A stretch of 64,000 nt of DNA from positions 1,120,001 through 1,184,000 of the forward strand of contig OZ252149.1 in the NCBI GenBank assembly GCA_965248755.1, written 5' to 3'. Both the position numbers and the translations under genes were made by a program. The notes below the pieces were generated by a model, which did not search any database, was not told where the DNA came from, and saw only the letters and a list, made by a program, of their open reading frames with translations. The stretch comes from Candidatus Latescibacterota bacterium (lineage in GTDB: Bacteria > Latescibacterota > CBDEFO01). Shown here in pieces: positions 31,314 through 41,003 of this stretch (positions within the stretch are counted from its first letter, which is position 1; each line of letters opens with the position of its first letter).

Positions 31314-31406
31314 CTATACTCTACACCTCCTTCATACAGGTTCAGTCAAAAAGCCCGTCTATCTATCTCTTTGACCATAGCAGCAGATATTGCGTACGCT
31401 CTATTA

Positions 31407-31967
31407 TTAAAGATTTTTAGGGGCTATTTTAAGGTAATAATAGGCCGTCGCGTAATCTCCGTCGTATTCGTATAGGCTCTGAACGGTCATTTCCACCTCA
31501 ATTTTCTTTATTTCGGCCTTATCTGTCGTAGTATTTCCATCTGAGTCGTAATAAGTAAGATTAAAACTCGTCACTCCCAGATCTATGTCATTTTCCGACT
31601 CACTTCCTGCAAGGCGGTAGAGAATATAAGTATCCGTATTCCGGTCACTTATAGTTGTATCGGTCGGGTTCGAAGCCATATAGTAGCGGAGTGAGTCCAC
31701 ATCGCCGTCATCGTCTATGTCGGTCCAGAATGTAATGCGGTCGGTGCCTGCCGTTATGATAGCAGTATCAGGATCATCCACTCCATATCCTATCTGTCTG
31801 AGATCATAGTCCAGAAGCTCTCCTATCGAAGCCGCGTTTTGTTGAGTTATAAGCTCCAGATTCCCCGAGAAAGACCTGTCCATAAGATCGGCGTTCAGGT
31901 TCAGGACTATAATCAATAAGATCCCGCCCACAAAGAACGAACCTAATATATCCAGAGCCGCATTCAT
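31407..31967 (-). CDS. Minor pilin-like protein (PilW-like), atypical N-terminus
   Basis: N-terminal hydrophobic helix, L.YDLRQIGY, F.LTYYDSDG, I..IEV.MTV...PKNL; operon context. Confidence 0.6.
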   Translation of the reverse strand: MNAALDILGSFFVGGILLIIVLNLNADLMDRSFSGNLELITQQNAASIGELLDYDLRQIGYGVDDPDTAIITAGTDRITFWTDIDDDGDVDSLRYYMASNPTDTTISDRNTDTYILYRLAGSESENDIDLGVTSFNLTYYDSDGNTTTDKAEIKKIEVEMTVQSLYEYDGDYATAYYYLKIAPKNL

Positions 31968-31973
31968 TGCCCC

Positions 31974-32426
31974 TCACCTTACTATCGAGCGCTCCCTTAA
32001 AAGTCGCTCCAATTCTGCGATATGTTGATTCGTCTTCCTTATCATATTGACCACAATCTTCAAGCTGTTCACGCAGAACTTCTGGAAGAGATGTGCAGGT
32101 TTGTTCTTGAAGAAATTCATCACGTCCTCCCTGTTGAACCTCAGAAGAGTTACTGTACTTTCCGCCAGCACGGTCGCCATCCTTGTATGAGGTTGTACTA
32201 TCACCGTCACACCGATTAGATCCCCTCTTTTAAGACCCAACAGTTTTGCCGACTTCAGCCAGATTGACACCTCTCCTTCAAGGATAATATACATATGCGT
32301 GCCCGGCGCTCCCTCCTCCAGTATATTCTCGTGCAGCCGGAAGCTCTCTCTTATTCCAGTCCTTAAGAACTCTCTTTTCTCCTGTTCTGAAAAGCCTCTG
32401 AAAAGATATTCGCTCTCTGTGGGCAC
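31974..32426 (-). CDS. Stand-alone cyclic-nucleotide-binding domain protein
   Basis: ILEEGAPG.HMYIILEGEV...RMATV.AE; paralog of N-terminus of 28716-29576. Confidence 0.82.
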   Translation of the reverse strand: MPTESEYLFRGFSEQEKREFLRTGIRESFRLHENILEEGAPGTHMYIILEGEVSIWLKSAKLLGLKRGDLIGVTVIVQPHTRMATVLAESTVTLLRFNREDVMNFFKNKPAHLFQKFCVNSLKIVVNMIRKTNQHIAELERLLRERSIVR

Positions 32427-32454
32427 CCTCAGACACTCCCTTTAAAGAAAAATT

Positions 32455-33456
32455 TCATTCTTCGCGCCAACTGATCACATAGTAGTAGTGGACGTCAATT
32501 ATGCTATCGGCATTGCTGACAGCGCCGCTGTCGTATGCTATATCAAAGGTGCCGGTGATGTCTATTACTGCCGTATCAGCCTCGACCATAAACGCCCCGT
32601 CAATTGACGATGTCCCTGTTTGGCGAACGGAGACGTTACCCCCGACTACTATTACCACACCCTCCCAGCGGAAGTTACCGCCCAAGGACACCTCGGCGGC
32701 GTTTACGGCAAGGAGACCCGCCCCTCTGAATCCCCCTGTCAGACTGGCAGTCCCACTGGCAGGTTGAAGATAGGTGATTTCAGGAGTGACGGTCGTTCCG
32801 AATGTCCCCTTTGGGTTCGAATCGGTCGAGTAGTTATCGGCGTAGTCTTCAACTTTTTCGATAAGGGTCGAAAGATCGGGAAACTCGCTTATAGCTTCAA
32901 CTAATGTCGAACCGGTAAGTTGAGTTACTGTATCGACGCCGGAAGAAATAATAGCTGCGCTGTCGGCGGAACTTCCGACAACTATCCCTGGAAGATTACT
33001 TCCTCCAGCCATATCGTTTCCGCTTACTGTGGCGGAGCCTCCCAGGCTGAAGCTTGAGATGGTTCCATTTATGCCCATTGAGGACGAAACTTCAGGAATA
33101 ATGCTCAATCTTCTGGCGGTAACGACGCTGGAACGGCTGGCATCCCCTATATCCGCTGTGCCTGTTATCTGTACTTCATTTGACGCCAAAGTTGGAACTG
33201 CGGTAGAGTCATCTACAGAGATACTAAACGTTCCTCCGAATGCACTTGTACTACCCGAGCTGCGCCACGTCTCATCTGCCACAAGGTTTCCAAAGGCTAT
33301 GTTGACAGCGCTTGCGGCGGCGGAGCGGGCGACCGCCATCTCATAGTGGCTTACAAAGGTGTCCACAGCTTCTTCGTTGGTCTCATTCAGGTTAGTCTTT
33401 ATGACCGCAAAAATCACCGCGAAAGCTGCAACCATAATCAGGGCAAATTCTCCCAT
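32455..33456 (-). CDS. Minor pilin-like protein (PilX-like)
   Basis: MG + hydrophobic helix, ARSAAASAVNIA, beta-helix-like G.GLL.V...GNFRWEGVVIV; operon context. Confidence 0.62.
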   Translation of the reverse strand: MGEFALIMVAAFAVIFAVIKTNLNETNEEAVDTFVSHYEMAVARSAAASAVNIAFGNLVADETWRSSGSTSAFGGTFSISVDDSTAVPTLASNEVQITGTADIGDASRSSVVTARRLSIIPEVSSSMGINGTISSFSLGGSATVSGNDMAGGSNLPGIVVGSSADSAAIISSGVDTVTQLTGSTLVEAISEFPDLSTLIEKVEDYADNYSTDSNPKGTFGTTVTPEITYLQPASGTASLTGGFRGAGLLAVNAAEVSLGGNFRWEGVVIVVGGNVSVRQTGTSSIDGAFMVEADTAVIDITGTFDIAYDSGAVSNADSIIDVHYYYVISWREE

Positions 33457-33478
33457 AGCCCAGAGCGCAGAAAAGCTG

Positions 33479-33501
33479 TCCTCGATTGAACCTATCGGGG
33501 A
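33479..33501. repeat. Dispersed palindrome copy (degenerate)
   Basis: TCCTCGATTGAACCTATCGGGGA. Confidence 0.75.
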
Positions 33502-33681
33502 GCAGAACCTGATTTTCTGCTAAACTTATCTCTCCAACTGTTCACGACCAAGAAAGGAGCAGCAATTGATATTTTGAGTTTAAGTATTGGCACAAAATAG
33601 TCTGGAGGTGATTATAGAGATCCGAAATAGTAGATAGCACACAGGGCATCCCCACTTTTCCCTGTCCACGAGATTGCTTCC

Positions 33682-33703
33682 CCCCGATTGAATCTATCGG
33701 GGA
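33682..33703. repeat. Dispersed palindrome copy
   Basis: CCCCGATTGAATCTATCGGGGA. Confidence 0.9.
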
Positions 33704-33738
33704 CTCAAGGGATGAGGGGTGGTGCCTTGTCTACTTGC

Positions 33739-35259
33739 TCAGTCCTGACTCTCGAATTTTGCCAAAGCTGCTTCCGCCGCATCTCGAACAGAAATATCTT
33801 TGTCTTGCATGGCTTGAGTCACCGCTTCTAAAGCCCTGGGGTCGCCTATCTTGCCCAAGGCCTCTGCCGCGTTCTTTCGGATATCCCTGTCCTTATCACT
33901 TAAGGCCTGAGTCAATGCTTCTACAGCCTTGGGGTCGCCTATCTCACCCAGGGCCTTTGCTGTATTTCTACGTACAGAAGTGCCTCTGTCTTTGAGAGCT
34001 CCAATCAGTGGTTCTATACCTTTGGGGTCACCCATCAGACCTAAAACTTCAGCCGCGTCGGCTCTGAAGAGATAGTTCTCATCGCCTAAGGCGTCGATCA
34101 ACGGCTCTAGGGACTCGGGGTTTCCAATCCTACCTAAAGCCTCTGCCGCGTCGTTTCGAAATACGTAATGCTTATTATCCAGGGCTTTAACCAACAGCGC
34201 TGATGCCCTGGGATCGTCCATTTTTCCCAGAGCCCTTGCCGCATGCTTTCGTACGTGAGGCTCGCTATCGTTCAAAGCCCCAGCGAGCGATTTTATTGCG
34301 GGTGCGCCTATCTTTCCTAAAGCCTCTGCAGCGCGCTCGCAGGTGGAGAGATCTCTTAAAGCGTTAGCCAGCGGTTCTATAGCTTTGGGGTCGCCTATCT
34401 GCCCCAGAGCCTCCGCTGCATTCCGCCGTACAGAGGCACTCATATCGTTCAAATCTTCTATTAGCGGTTCTACAGCTTTGGGGTCGCCTATCCGGCCTAA
34501 AGCCTCCGCCGCATTCTCTCGGAGAGAAGGACTCTCAGCGTCCAGAGCTTCGATCAGCGGTTCTACAGCTTTGGGGTCGCCGATCATACCCAGGGCCTTC
34601 GCCACCGAATCTTTGGCGAGAAAACGCTTATTCTGAAAATCTTGAATCAACGGCGCCACCGCTTTGGGGTCGCCGATCATACCCAGAGCCGCCGCCGCGC
34701 TACTCTGGACTGATTGATCTTCGTCTCGCAGGGCCTGTGTCAGCGGTTCTGTTGTTCTTCTGTCTCCTATTTTGCCTAAAACCTCGGCCACATCATCTCG
34801 GAAGAGAAGAGTCATGTCCTGCAGAGACTCAATCAACGGCTTTATTGCCCGGGCGTCGCCTATTTTACCTAAAACTTCTACCGCGCTCTTTCTGCCCAGA
34901 TTATTCCCGGAGTGCAAAGCTTCAATTGAAGGGTTTACTGCTGGTGAGCCTATCTTGACCAGAGCTTCTATTGCTGCATCCCGGACTTGGCGCTTCTGGT
35001 GCCCAAGGGCCTGAATCAGTGCTTCTACCGCCGGTGTACCTATCCTGCTAAGAGCGTCTGCCGCTGTATCTCGGACGTGTGGGTCCTTGTCGTCCAAAAC
35101 TTGAATCAATGGTTTTACCGCCGGCGCGCCTATCTTGACTAAGGCATCTGATACCGCGCTTCGAACAGACAGAGTAGAGTCCTTGCGCTTTAAATCTTTG
35201 ATTAAACTTTCAGCTCTTATCTTGCCTTTAAAGGTCGCATAGCCTTGAAACAACGGCAT
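33739..35259 (-). CDS. HEAT-like (PBS lyase) repeat protein
   Basis: Tandem ~31-aa repeats VR..AAEALG.IGDPKAVEPLI.AL.D over the whole length. Confidence 0.93.
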   Translation of the reverse strand: MPLFQGYATFKGKIRAESLIKDLKRKDSTLSVRSAVSDALVKIGAPAVKPLIQVLDDKDPHVRDTAADALSRIGTPAVEALIQALGHQKRQVRDAAIEALVKIGSPAVNPSIEALHSGNNLGRKSAVEVLGKIGDARAIKPLIESLQDMTLLFRDDVAEVLGKIGDRRTTEPLTQALRDEDQSVQSSAAAALGMIGDPKAVAPLIQDFQNKRFLAKDSVAKALGMIGDPKAVEPLIEALDAESPSLRENAAEALGRIGDPKAVEPLIEDLNDMSASVRRNAAEALGQIGDPKAIEPLANALRDLSTCERAAEALGKIGAPAIKSLAGALNDSEPHVRKHAARALGKMDDPRASALLVKALDNKHYVFRNDAAEALGRIGNPESLEPLIDALGDENYLFRADAAEVLGLMGDPKGIEPLIGALKDRGTSVRRNTAKALGEIGDPKAVEALTQALSDKDRDIRKNAAEALGKIGDPRALEAVTQAMQDKDISVRDAAEAALAKFESQD

Positions 35260-35372
35260 AAAAGAGCCTCACCTTCTGTTACAGATGCCTAGAAGCTTTT
35301 CCACATTTTCAAAAGCTGGTTCAGGACAAATTCCAAGCAAAGTGTCCAGAACCTGACTTCCTGCTAAATCTG

Positions 35373-35394
35373 TCCCGATTGCTTCTATCGGGGA
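35373..35394. repeat. Dispersed palindrome copy (degenerate)
   Basis: TCCCGATTGCTTCTATCGGGGA. Confidence 0.75.
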
Positions 35395-35408
35395 TCGGGG
35401 GCCTGTTT

Positions 35409-36432
35409 TTAATTTTCTCTATAACTGTTCACGGCGTAGTAGTATCTCGTTGGTAGATTATTCTTCGTGTTAGTGATCGCTTGACTGCTGTATACAACTG
35501 GCTCTACATTGCCGGCTATTTTTATTGTTGCTGTATCGGCTTCGAGCATAAGTCCTCCCTCAACAATCAAATTTCCGCTCATGTTGAAATCGAGATTGTC
35601 GCCAACTACTACTATTGCACCATCCCATGTAAAATTTCCGCGCAAGGTAAATTCTTCAGCTTTCACCATTAGAATCCCTGCTCCTGTGATATTACCGTTC
35701 ATAGTGAAAGTGCCGTCACTGGGTTCAATAAATGTAATCTGGGGATTGCTGGGCAGTGACCCTAAATTTAGATTCCCATTGATTCTTGTATCGGTATAAT
35801 AGTTGTCGAACGAAACGACATCTTGGATTTCGTCTACGTATTCTCTAAGATTGGAGTTGCCGATTCCAACAGCAAGGGGCGGTGAACCGTCATAAGTGGC
35901 ATTAGCCGGTTGTACTAAGAACTGCACTATCGGCGGAGGTGGCAAAAGTAATCCCCGGCAGGTCAGTTCCTCCTCCGTCCATATCGATTCCACTCACCTC
36001 GGGGTTGCCTAATATCCTGAAGCTTGAAAGGGATGCGTTTACACTCATTGCCGTTGTGATTTCGGGGACAATTTCCTTTTTCTCAACGATAACGGTGTTG
36101 GAAGCGGTGTCACTTGCTGTGGTCGCTGTGCTAGTTATTTGGTTCTGTTCAGAGTTCAGGGTCAAAACGACAGTCGAATCTACAACACCGATGGTGAAGG
36201 TACATCCATTTAGACTTATGTTGCTGTAACCTGACCCCGTAAAGTTTTCGTCGGCTGAAAATTCCCCTAAGGCTATGTTGACTGCGCTGGCGGCAGTGAC
36301 GCGAACTGCTACCTTTTCATAGTGATCCGTTAAGGTATCAACAGCGTTTTCACTAATCGTATTAAGTTCATTTTTTATGGTGGCAAAGACAAACGTAAAG
36401 CTCGCCACCAGAATAAGTGCAAACTTTCCCAT
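35409..36432 (-). pseudogene. Second PilX-like gene, frameshifted near 35905-35925
   Basis: ORF 35902-36432 aligns with the N-half and ORF 35409-35993 with the C-half of 32455-33456; span 1024 nt = 3n+1. Confidence 0.8.
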
Positions 36433-36482
36433 AGTTCAAGCACATCCTCTCAATGAGTAGGAATATTATATCGTGGGGCCTG

Positions 36483-36505
36483 TCCCCGATAGATTCAATC
36501 GGGGA
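36483..36505. repeat. Dispersed palindrome copy
   Basis: TCCCCGATAGATTCAATCGGGGA. Confidence 0.9.
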
Positions 36506-36515
36506 TCGGGGGAGA

Positions 36516-36929
36516 TCAGAAGCTACTCTTTATATAGTTCATCTCAATGTCATCGGTAAGATAGTCAGAGCTTCCAGTGACCTTTATCCTCTTGTAAGAG
36601 GTAGGACCTGTAACATCTGTCTCTGGAGCGGTGGCATTTACGTAAGTTACATCAACAGTGTACGGTATATCCACCGGTATATTCACGGCATCGGTGGATC
36701 CGGAGGACATACCATACAGCGTATCCTGAGTGGTTCCTATAGTTAGATCTGTGAATTTCCGGCTCTCGTAGTCCTCTATCACTGACTGCATCGCCGAGGT
36801 CGCCACCATACTTACCTGGCTCTCTATAATAGCGGCGTCGTTGTCATCTAAGGATTGGTTCACCGAAAGCACCATCGCGGAAATGAGCATAAGCGACCCT
36901 ATAGCTAAAAGAGTCTGACCTGTTCCCAT
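36516..36929 (-). CDS. Minor pilin-like protein (PilV-like), atypical N-terminus
   Basis: MGTGQTLLAIG + hydrophobic helix; small size; YKRIKVT C-terminal strand; operon context. Confidence 0.6.
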   Translation of the reverse strand: MGTGQTLLAIGSLMLISAMVLSVNQSLDDNDAAIIESQVSMVATSAMQSVIEDYESRKFTDLTIGTTQDTLYGMSSGSTDAVNIPVDIPYTVDVTYVNATAPETDVTGPTSYKRIKVTGSSDYLTDDIEMNYIKSSF

Positions 36930-36953
36930 CTTGTATCACCTATAGTTTACGGC

Positions 36954-38741
36954 TTATTCCTCAGTTGTCATAGACACGACCTCATCGAATGTCGACTCTC
37001 CCCTCCTGACCCTCTCTATAGCGGACTCCCTTAGAGTCAGCATTCCCCTCTTCTGTGCCGCCTCTACTATCAGGGCCTCATTGATCTCGCTTCCCGATTT
37101 CAATATGATCTGCCTGATCTCAGGGTAGAAGTAAAGGGCCTCGTGGATGCCTGCTCGCCCTTTGTAGCCCGAACCGGTGCAGACATCGCAACCCACAGCC
37201 TCGTAGATCGTTACATCCTTCCACTCGTCGGCATCGAGCCCCAGGCTCGTAAAGACCTCAGGCTTTGAGTTTTCCATAGGCCTTTTACATTCACCGCACA
37301 ACCTCCTCATCAGTCTTTGAGCCAGTATTATATTGATGGCATTAGCGATCAAGAAAGGCTCTACATCCATCTTGAAGAGCCTCGACACACTGCTTGCCGC
37401 GTCGTTAGTGTGAAGAGTCGAGAAGGTCAAGTGTCCTGTGTTAGCTAATTTGATGCCGGTCATAGCCGTTTGCGTATCCCTCATCTCGCCCACCAGGACT
37501 ATATCAGGATCGTGCCGAAGTATTCCCTTTATGGCGTCGTCAAAGTCCAGCTTATCGCCCATTTTAAGCTGTCTTGCTCCATCTATCAGAAACTCCACGG
37601 GCTCCTCGACTGTGATCACGTTCAAAGTAGGATCTATGACCTGGTACAGGGCGGCGTTCAACGTCGTACTCTTTCCAGAGCCTGTGGGACCTGTCAGGAT
37701 CACCATACCCTGAGGTTTCCTGATGGCCTTGTTGAAATCCTCCCTCGCCTGAGTCAGCAGACCCAACTTTTCCAGGTCCTTGATAACGTTCCTGTCGTCT
37801 ATGATCCTTATCACGATGCTTTCAAACTTCTTCTCAAACTCCTTGGTCACTATCGGCATTATAGAGACCCTGTACCTGATCAAGTTGCCGTCCACCATCC
37901 TCTGTATGAAGCCGTCCTGCCGTCTCTCCCTTTCAAATCTGTCGACATTTAGAGTTCGATCTTTAACGACGGCGGAGACCGCCTCAGATTTGGTATTCTT
38001 CTGCGAGTACCAGATTCTGATCTTGCCGTCCACCCGCAAGGAGAAGTCCGTCACATTCCCTTCCTTGGGAACTATGTGAATATCGCTGGCGCCCTGACGA
38101 ACGCCCTCTATTAGAGCAGCCTCCACGACCTTGGTGAGCATGCTCTGATTTATCTCAGCGTCCAGCGCCTCCTCATCTACTTCGGTCTCCTCTGTCTCGA
38201 TCTCCTCCAGGTCCTCGCTGGCTTGCTCCACCATTTCCAAAAAGTCGTTCTCCGTCTCGGGTGCCAGCTTTTCTAACAGTTCCTCTATCTTATCTTTCCG
38301 GGAGTAGAAGACGTCGAACTTCCGAAAGCCGCATCTTGTGGCAAGACTGGTCACGTCCTTGCTCGAAGGATCGGGAGTTATGAGCACCAGAAGATCGTCC
38401 ACTAACCTGAACGGAATTATATACTTTTCTCTCAGAGCCTGGCTGATTTCATCGGACAACTTGTCCAAAACATCGGTAATAAATTTGATTCGTTCGTCGT
38501 CAACGTTCTCCTCCTCCAAATCCAACTCCTTGAAGGCGTATAGCTTAGCGATCTGGCTGAAGACAGCGTGATGATCTGATCCAAGATCATTGACCAAAAT
38601 GTCACCGAGCTTTCGATTCGGGTCTTTCCACTGTACAGACAGAGCCTTTTGAAGGGTATCCATCTCAATAACACCCATTTTGACCAGGATCTCTCCGATT
38701 CTGCTTTTTACCCCGGTCCTTGCTGTCTGTGCCATATTCAA
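36954..38741 (-). CDS. pilB: Type IV pilus assembly ATPase PilB/GspE
   Basis: GASDIHI, RVDG, RQDG, TGPTGSGKSTT, TVEEPVE, LRHDPDIVLVGEMRD, TGHLTFSTLHTND, CxxC...CxxC, GYKGR. Confidence 0.93.
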   Translation of the reverse strand: MNMAQTARTGVKSRIGEILVKMGVIEMDTLQKALSVQWKDPNRKLGDILVNDLGSDHHAVFSQIAKLYAFKELDLEEENVDDERIKFITDVLDKLSDEISQALREKYIIPFRLVDDLLVLITPDPSSKDVTSLATRCGFRKFDVFYSRKDKIEELLEKLAPETENDFLEMVEQASEDLEEIETEETEVDEEALDAEINQSMLTKVVEAALIEGVRQGASDIHIVPKEGNVTDFSLRVDGKIRIWYSQKNTKSEAVSAVVKDRTLNVDRFERERRQDGFIQRMVDGNLIRYRVSIMPIVTKEFEKKFESIVIRIIDDRNVIKDLEKLGLLTQAREDFNKAIRKPQGMVILTGPTGSGKSTTLNAALYQVIDPTLNVITVEEPVEFLIDGARQLKMGDKLDFDDAIKGILRHDPDIVLVGEMRDTQTAMTGIKLANTGHLTFSTLHTNDAASSVSRLFKMDVEPFLIANAINIILAQRLMRRLCGECKRPMENSKPEVFTSLGLDADEWKDVTIYEAVGCDVCTGSGYKGRAGIHEALYFYPEIRQIILKSGSEINEALIVEAAQKRGMLTLRESAIERVRRGESTFDEVVSMTTEE

Positions 38742-38850
38742 ACTTCCTCTTTGGTAAGCGGACAGCGTACAGGTAAGGAAGGAGGTGTCCTGTCCCCGAT
38801 GGATTTAAGCAGGACCTGTCTACTGTCTGCTACCTACAGTCTACTATTCT

Positions 38851-40191
38851 TTACGTGCCCGGCGATTTAGGTTTTATGACCGCTGTTTCGGAGGATACCA
38901 GCGTTAAAGCCATCATAACTACCATAATAAACATTGAGATAACTACATTGATCAATTCTACCACATTGGCCATCTTATACGAGGTCTCCTTCTCGTAGTA
39001 GTCGGCAAGTTGCTTAGCCGTAGTCCGCAAAGCGCCCGTCTCTGCCCCCGAACGGAGTCTGGATATGGCATTTATAGTGAAGACTTCCGTGCTTTCCAGA
39101 GACTCGATCAGGCCCTTTCCCTCCTTGATCATCGCGGGAATCGCTATATTCTTGATCTGACTCTCCATATAGGTGTTCCGACACGCCTCAGCCGCTATCT
39201 GTATGACCTTGATGTTCTCACCGGATCCTGAGTAGAGGGCGTAGAAGACCCTTGCGAAGATCTCTATGCTCGTTTTGTGCATAAGCGAACCGATCACCGG
39301 GATCTTTATCAGGTAGCGATCCTTCAGATATGTCCCCCTCGGCGTCCTTATAAACGCCACGAGTGCTATCATAGGCGCCACACAGACAGGGGCTATCCAC
39401 CAGATGTTGGCTGTCAGAAAATTGCTCAGATCTAGCGTCGCTGCGGTCATAGGAGGGAGTTCTATCCCGAACTTTATGAACATATTGGCGGTCTCTGGGA
39501 AGATATAAGCCACATAGTAAACCACAGCCCCTGTCAGCACCACCACAATCACAGCCGGCATAATAAGCGCGCTTTTGATGCTCTTTTTGAACTCCTCGTT
39601 CCGCTCCAAGAATTTAGCAGTGCTCTCATACACCTCGGCCATATTACCGCTTGTGGACGCTACTGCGAGCATGAAAGTCGTGAACTTGCCGAGGGTTTTT
39701 TCGTGCTTTCCGAAGACCTCACTGCCCTCTTTACCTGCTTTGAGGTCTTGACCTATCTCCTTTATCGTATCCCTTAGGGCTTTGTTCTCCGTGTCGTTGC
39801 CCACAAGCTCAAGTATCTCATCGTAGGGCAGTTTCTCTCTCATAAGATCAGCGCATATTCTGATGAACAACGAGACGTCCTTGGCCGGAGGCTTGAGCTT
39901 GAAGTCGAAGGGCTTCTTCCTGACGCTTAAGACCTTATACCCCATCTTCTGGAGGGCACTTTCGACCTCTTCCTTGCTAAAGGCCGGCTGTTCCCCTTTT
40001 ATGGGCTTTTCGTTTCCCTTTTGAATCTTGTAGGTGAACGTAGCTTTCTTTTGAATGCTGATCAGACGTACCTGGCGCTTTCTACATATTTCTTCCAGCG
40101 TCTTTTTGGCCTCCGCTTTATTATTAGCTGTAAGGACGCCCTGCACCTGCCTTCCCGAGGCACTGGCTCCCTGATAGCGAAAATCGGCCAT
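38851..40191 (-). CDS. pilC: Type IV pilus platform protein PilC/GspF
   Basis: IKSALIMP + TM, ELPPMT, KIPVIGSL, GAETGAL...LADYYEKE; two T2SSF domains. Confidence 0.88.
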   Translation of the reverse strand: MADFRYQGASASGRQVQGVLTANNKAEAKKTLEEICRKRQVRLISIQKKATFTYKIQKGNEKPIKGEQPAFSKEEVESALQKMGYKVLSVRKKPFDFKLKPPAKDVSLFIRICADLMREKLPYDEILELVGNDTENKALRDTIKEIGQDLKAGKEGSEVFGKHEKTLGKFTTFMLAVASTSGNMAEVYESTAKFLERNEEFKKSIKSALIMPAVIVVVLTGAVVYYVAYIFPETANMFIKFGIELPPMTAATLDLSNFLTANIWWIAPVCVAPMIALVAFIRTPRGTYLKDRYLIKIPVIGSLMHKTSIEIFARVFYALYSGSGENIKVIQIAAEACRNTYMESQIKNIAIPAMIKEGKGLIESLESTEVFTINAISRLRSGAETGALRTTAKQLADYYEKETSYKMANVVELINVVISMFIMVVMMALTLVSSETAVIKPKSPGT

Positions 40192-40286
40192 TTAAAAGCT
40201 CCCTTTCAAAGACAAAGGCAGGTTCGCGGAGAGAACCTGCCCCATGTCAACTAACATTCTTGAAGCGTAGCTTGGCTCTTTTTAGA

Positions 40287-40715
40287 TCAGCTGGCTGTAG
40301 CCGCAGCTGTAGTCCCTGCCGCAACTTTGGTTATGGCAGTGGTGGTCGACGAGTCAGTGGCATCGTAGTCCATGTTTACCTGGGCCACATTTCCGTCAGA
40401 GTTAGGCTCAAGGCCTACCCCAACAATCTCAAGGTCGGTGCCCGACCCGTTGATGTCATACGAGCCAGTGTCGTCTGAGGAGGCCATATTCAGCGTGGCA
40501 AGTGTTATACCGGTAAAAGTGCGTCCGCCACCGCCCATACTAGTCGGCTTTCTGTAATGCTGCGCAGAGGCCGATACCATCCGCTGACAATTCGCAACCA
40601 CAGCGTCCTGGTTAGCCTGAACTGCACTTTCACCAAACTGTGTTATCCCTACTGCGACAGCGATTCCTACGATGATCACCGAAAGGACGATCATCAAGAT
40701 CTGAGTTTGGCCCAT
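40287..40715 (-). CDS. Probable major pilin with MGQ N-terminus
   Basis: First gene of the locus, RBS GGAGG, MGQTQILMIVLSVIIVGIAVAVGI hydrophobic helix, 142 aa. Confidence 0.72.
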   Translation of the reverse strand: MGQTQILMIVLSVIIVGIAVAVGITQFGESAVQANQDAVVANCQRMVSASAQHYRKPTSMGGGGRTFTGITLATLNMASSDDTGSYDINGSGTDLEIVGVGLEPNSDGNVAQVNMDYDATDSSTTTAITKVAAGTTAAATAS

Positions 40716-40908
40716 CTTTACATCCTCCTTATTTTTTATTTCCCACTAAGGAAAATCTGTTTAAACGTCGAAAATGTCTACCGAGTAGAGCTTTCACCTC
40801 CTTTTCTAAAACGGTATGACAGAAAATACCTCTAAAATTACATTTGTACCTCAATGTAGGGTCCTTTAGGTTTGCGCTTGAGCCCCAGTTCACAAAAATT
40901 CCTGTACA

Positions 40909-40937
40909 AATATATCTATAACTGACCCGTTTGTCAA
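40909..40937 (-). promoter_or_regulatory. sigma70-type promoter of pilus locus
   Basis: TTGACA-17 bp-TATATT on minus strand. Confidence 0.65.
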
Positions 40938-41003
40938 GAGTTTTGTGAATTGAGGTAAACCGCACCCTTTGAAGGAAATATATGACATATGCGATAGACT
41001 CAC

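Noticed and set aside
33739..35259. Regularly spaced DNA repeats resembling a CRISPR array
   Set aside because: They are ~93-bp coding HEAT repeats in an open frame; no cas genes or unique spacers anywhere in the window.
40716..40905. c-di-GMP riboswitch in the pilin leader
   Set aside because: GCAAACC-like text is present but the GNRA/receptor two-stem architecture could not be built.
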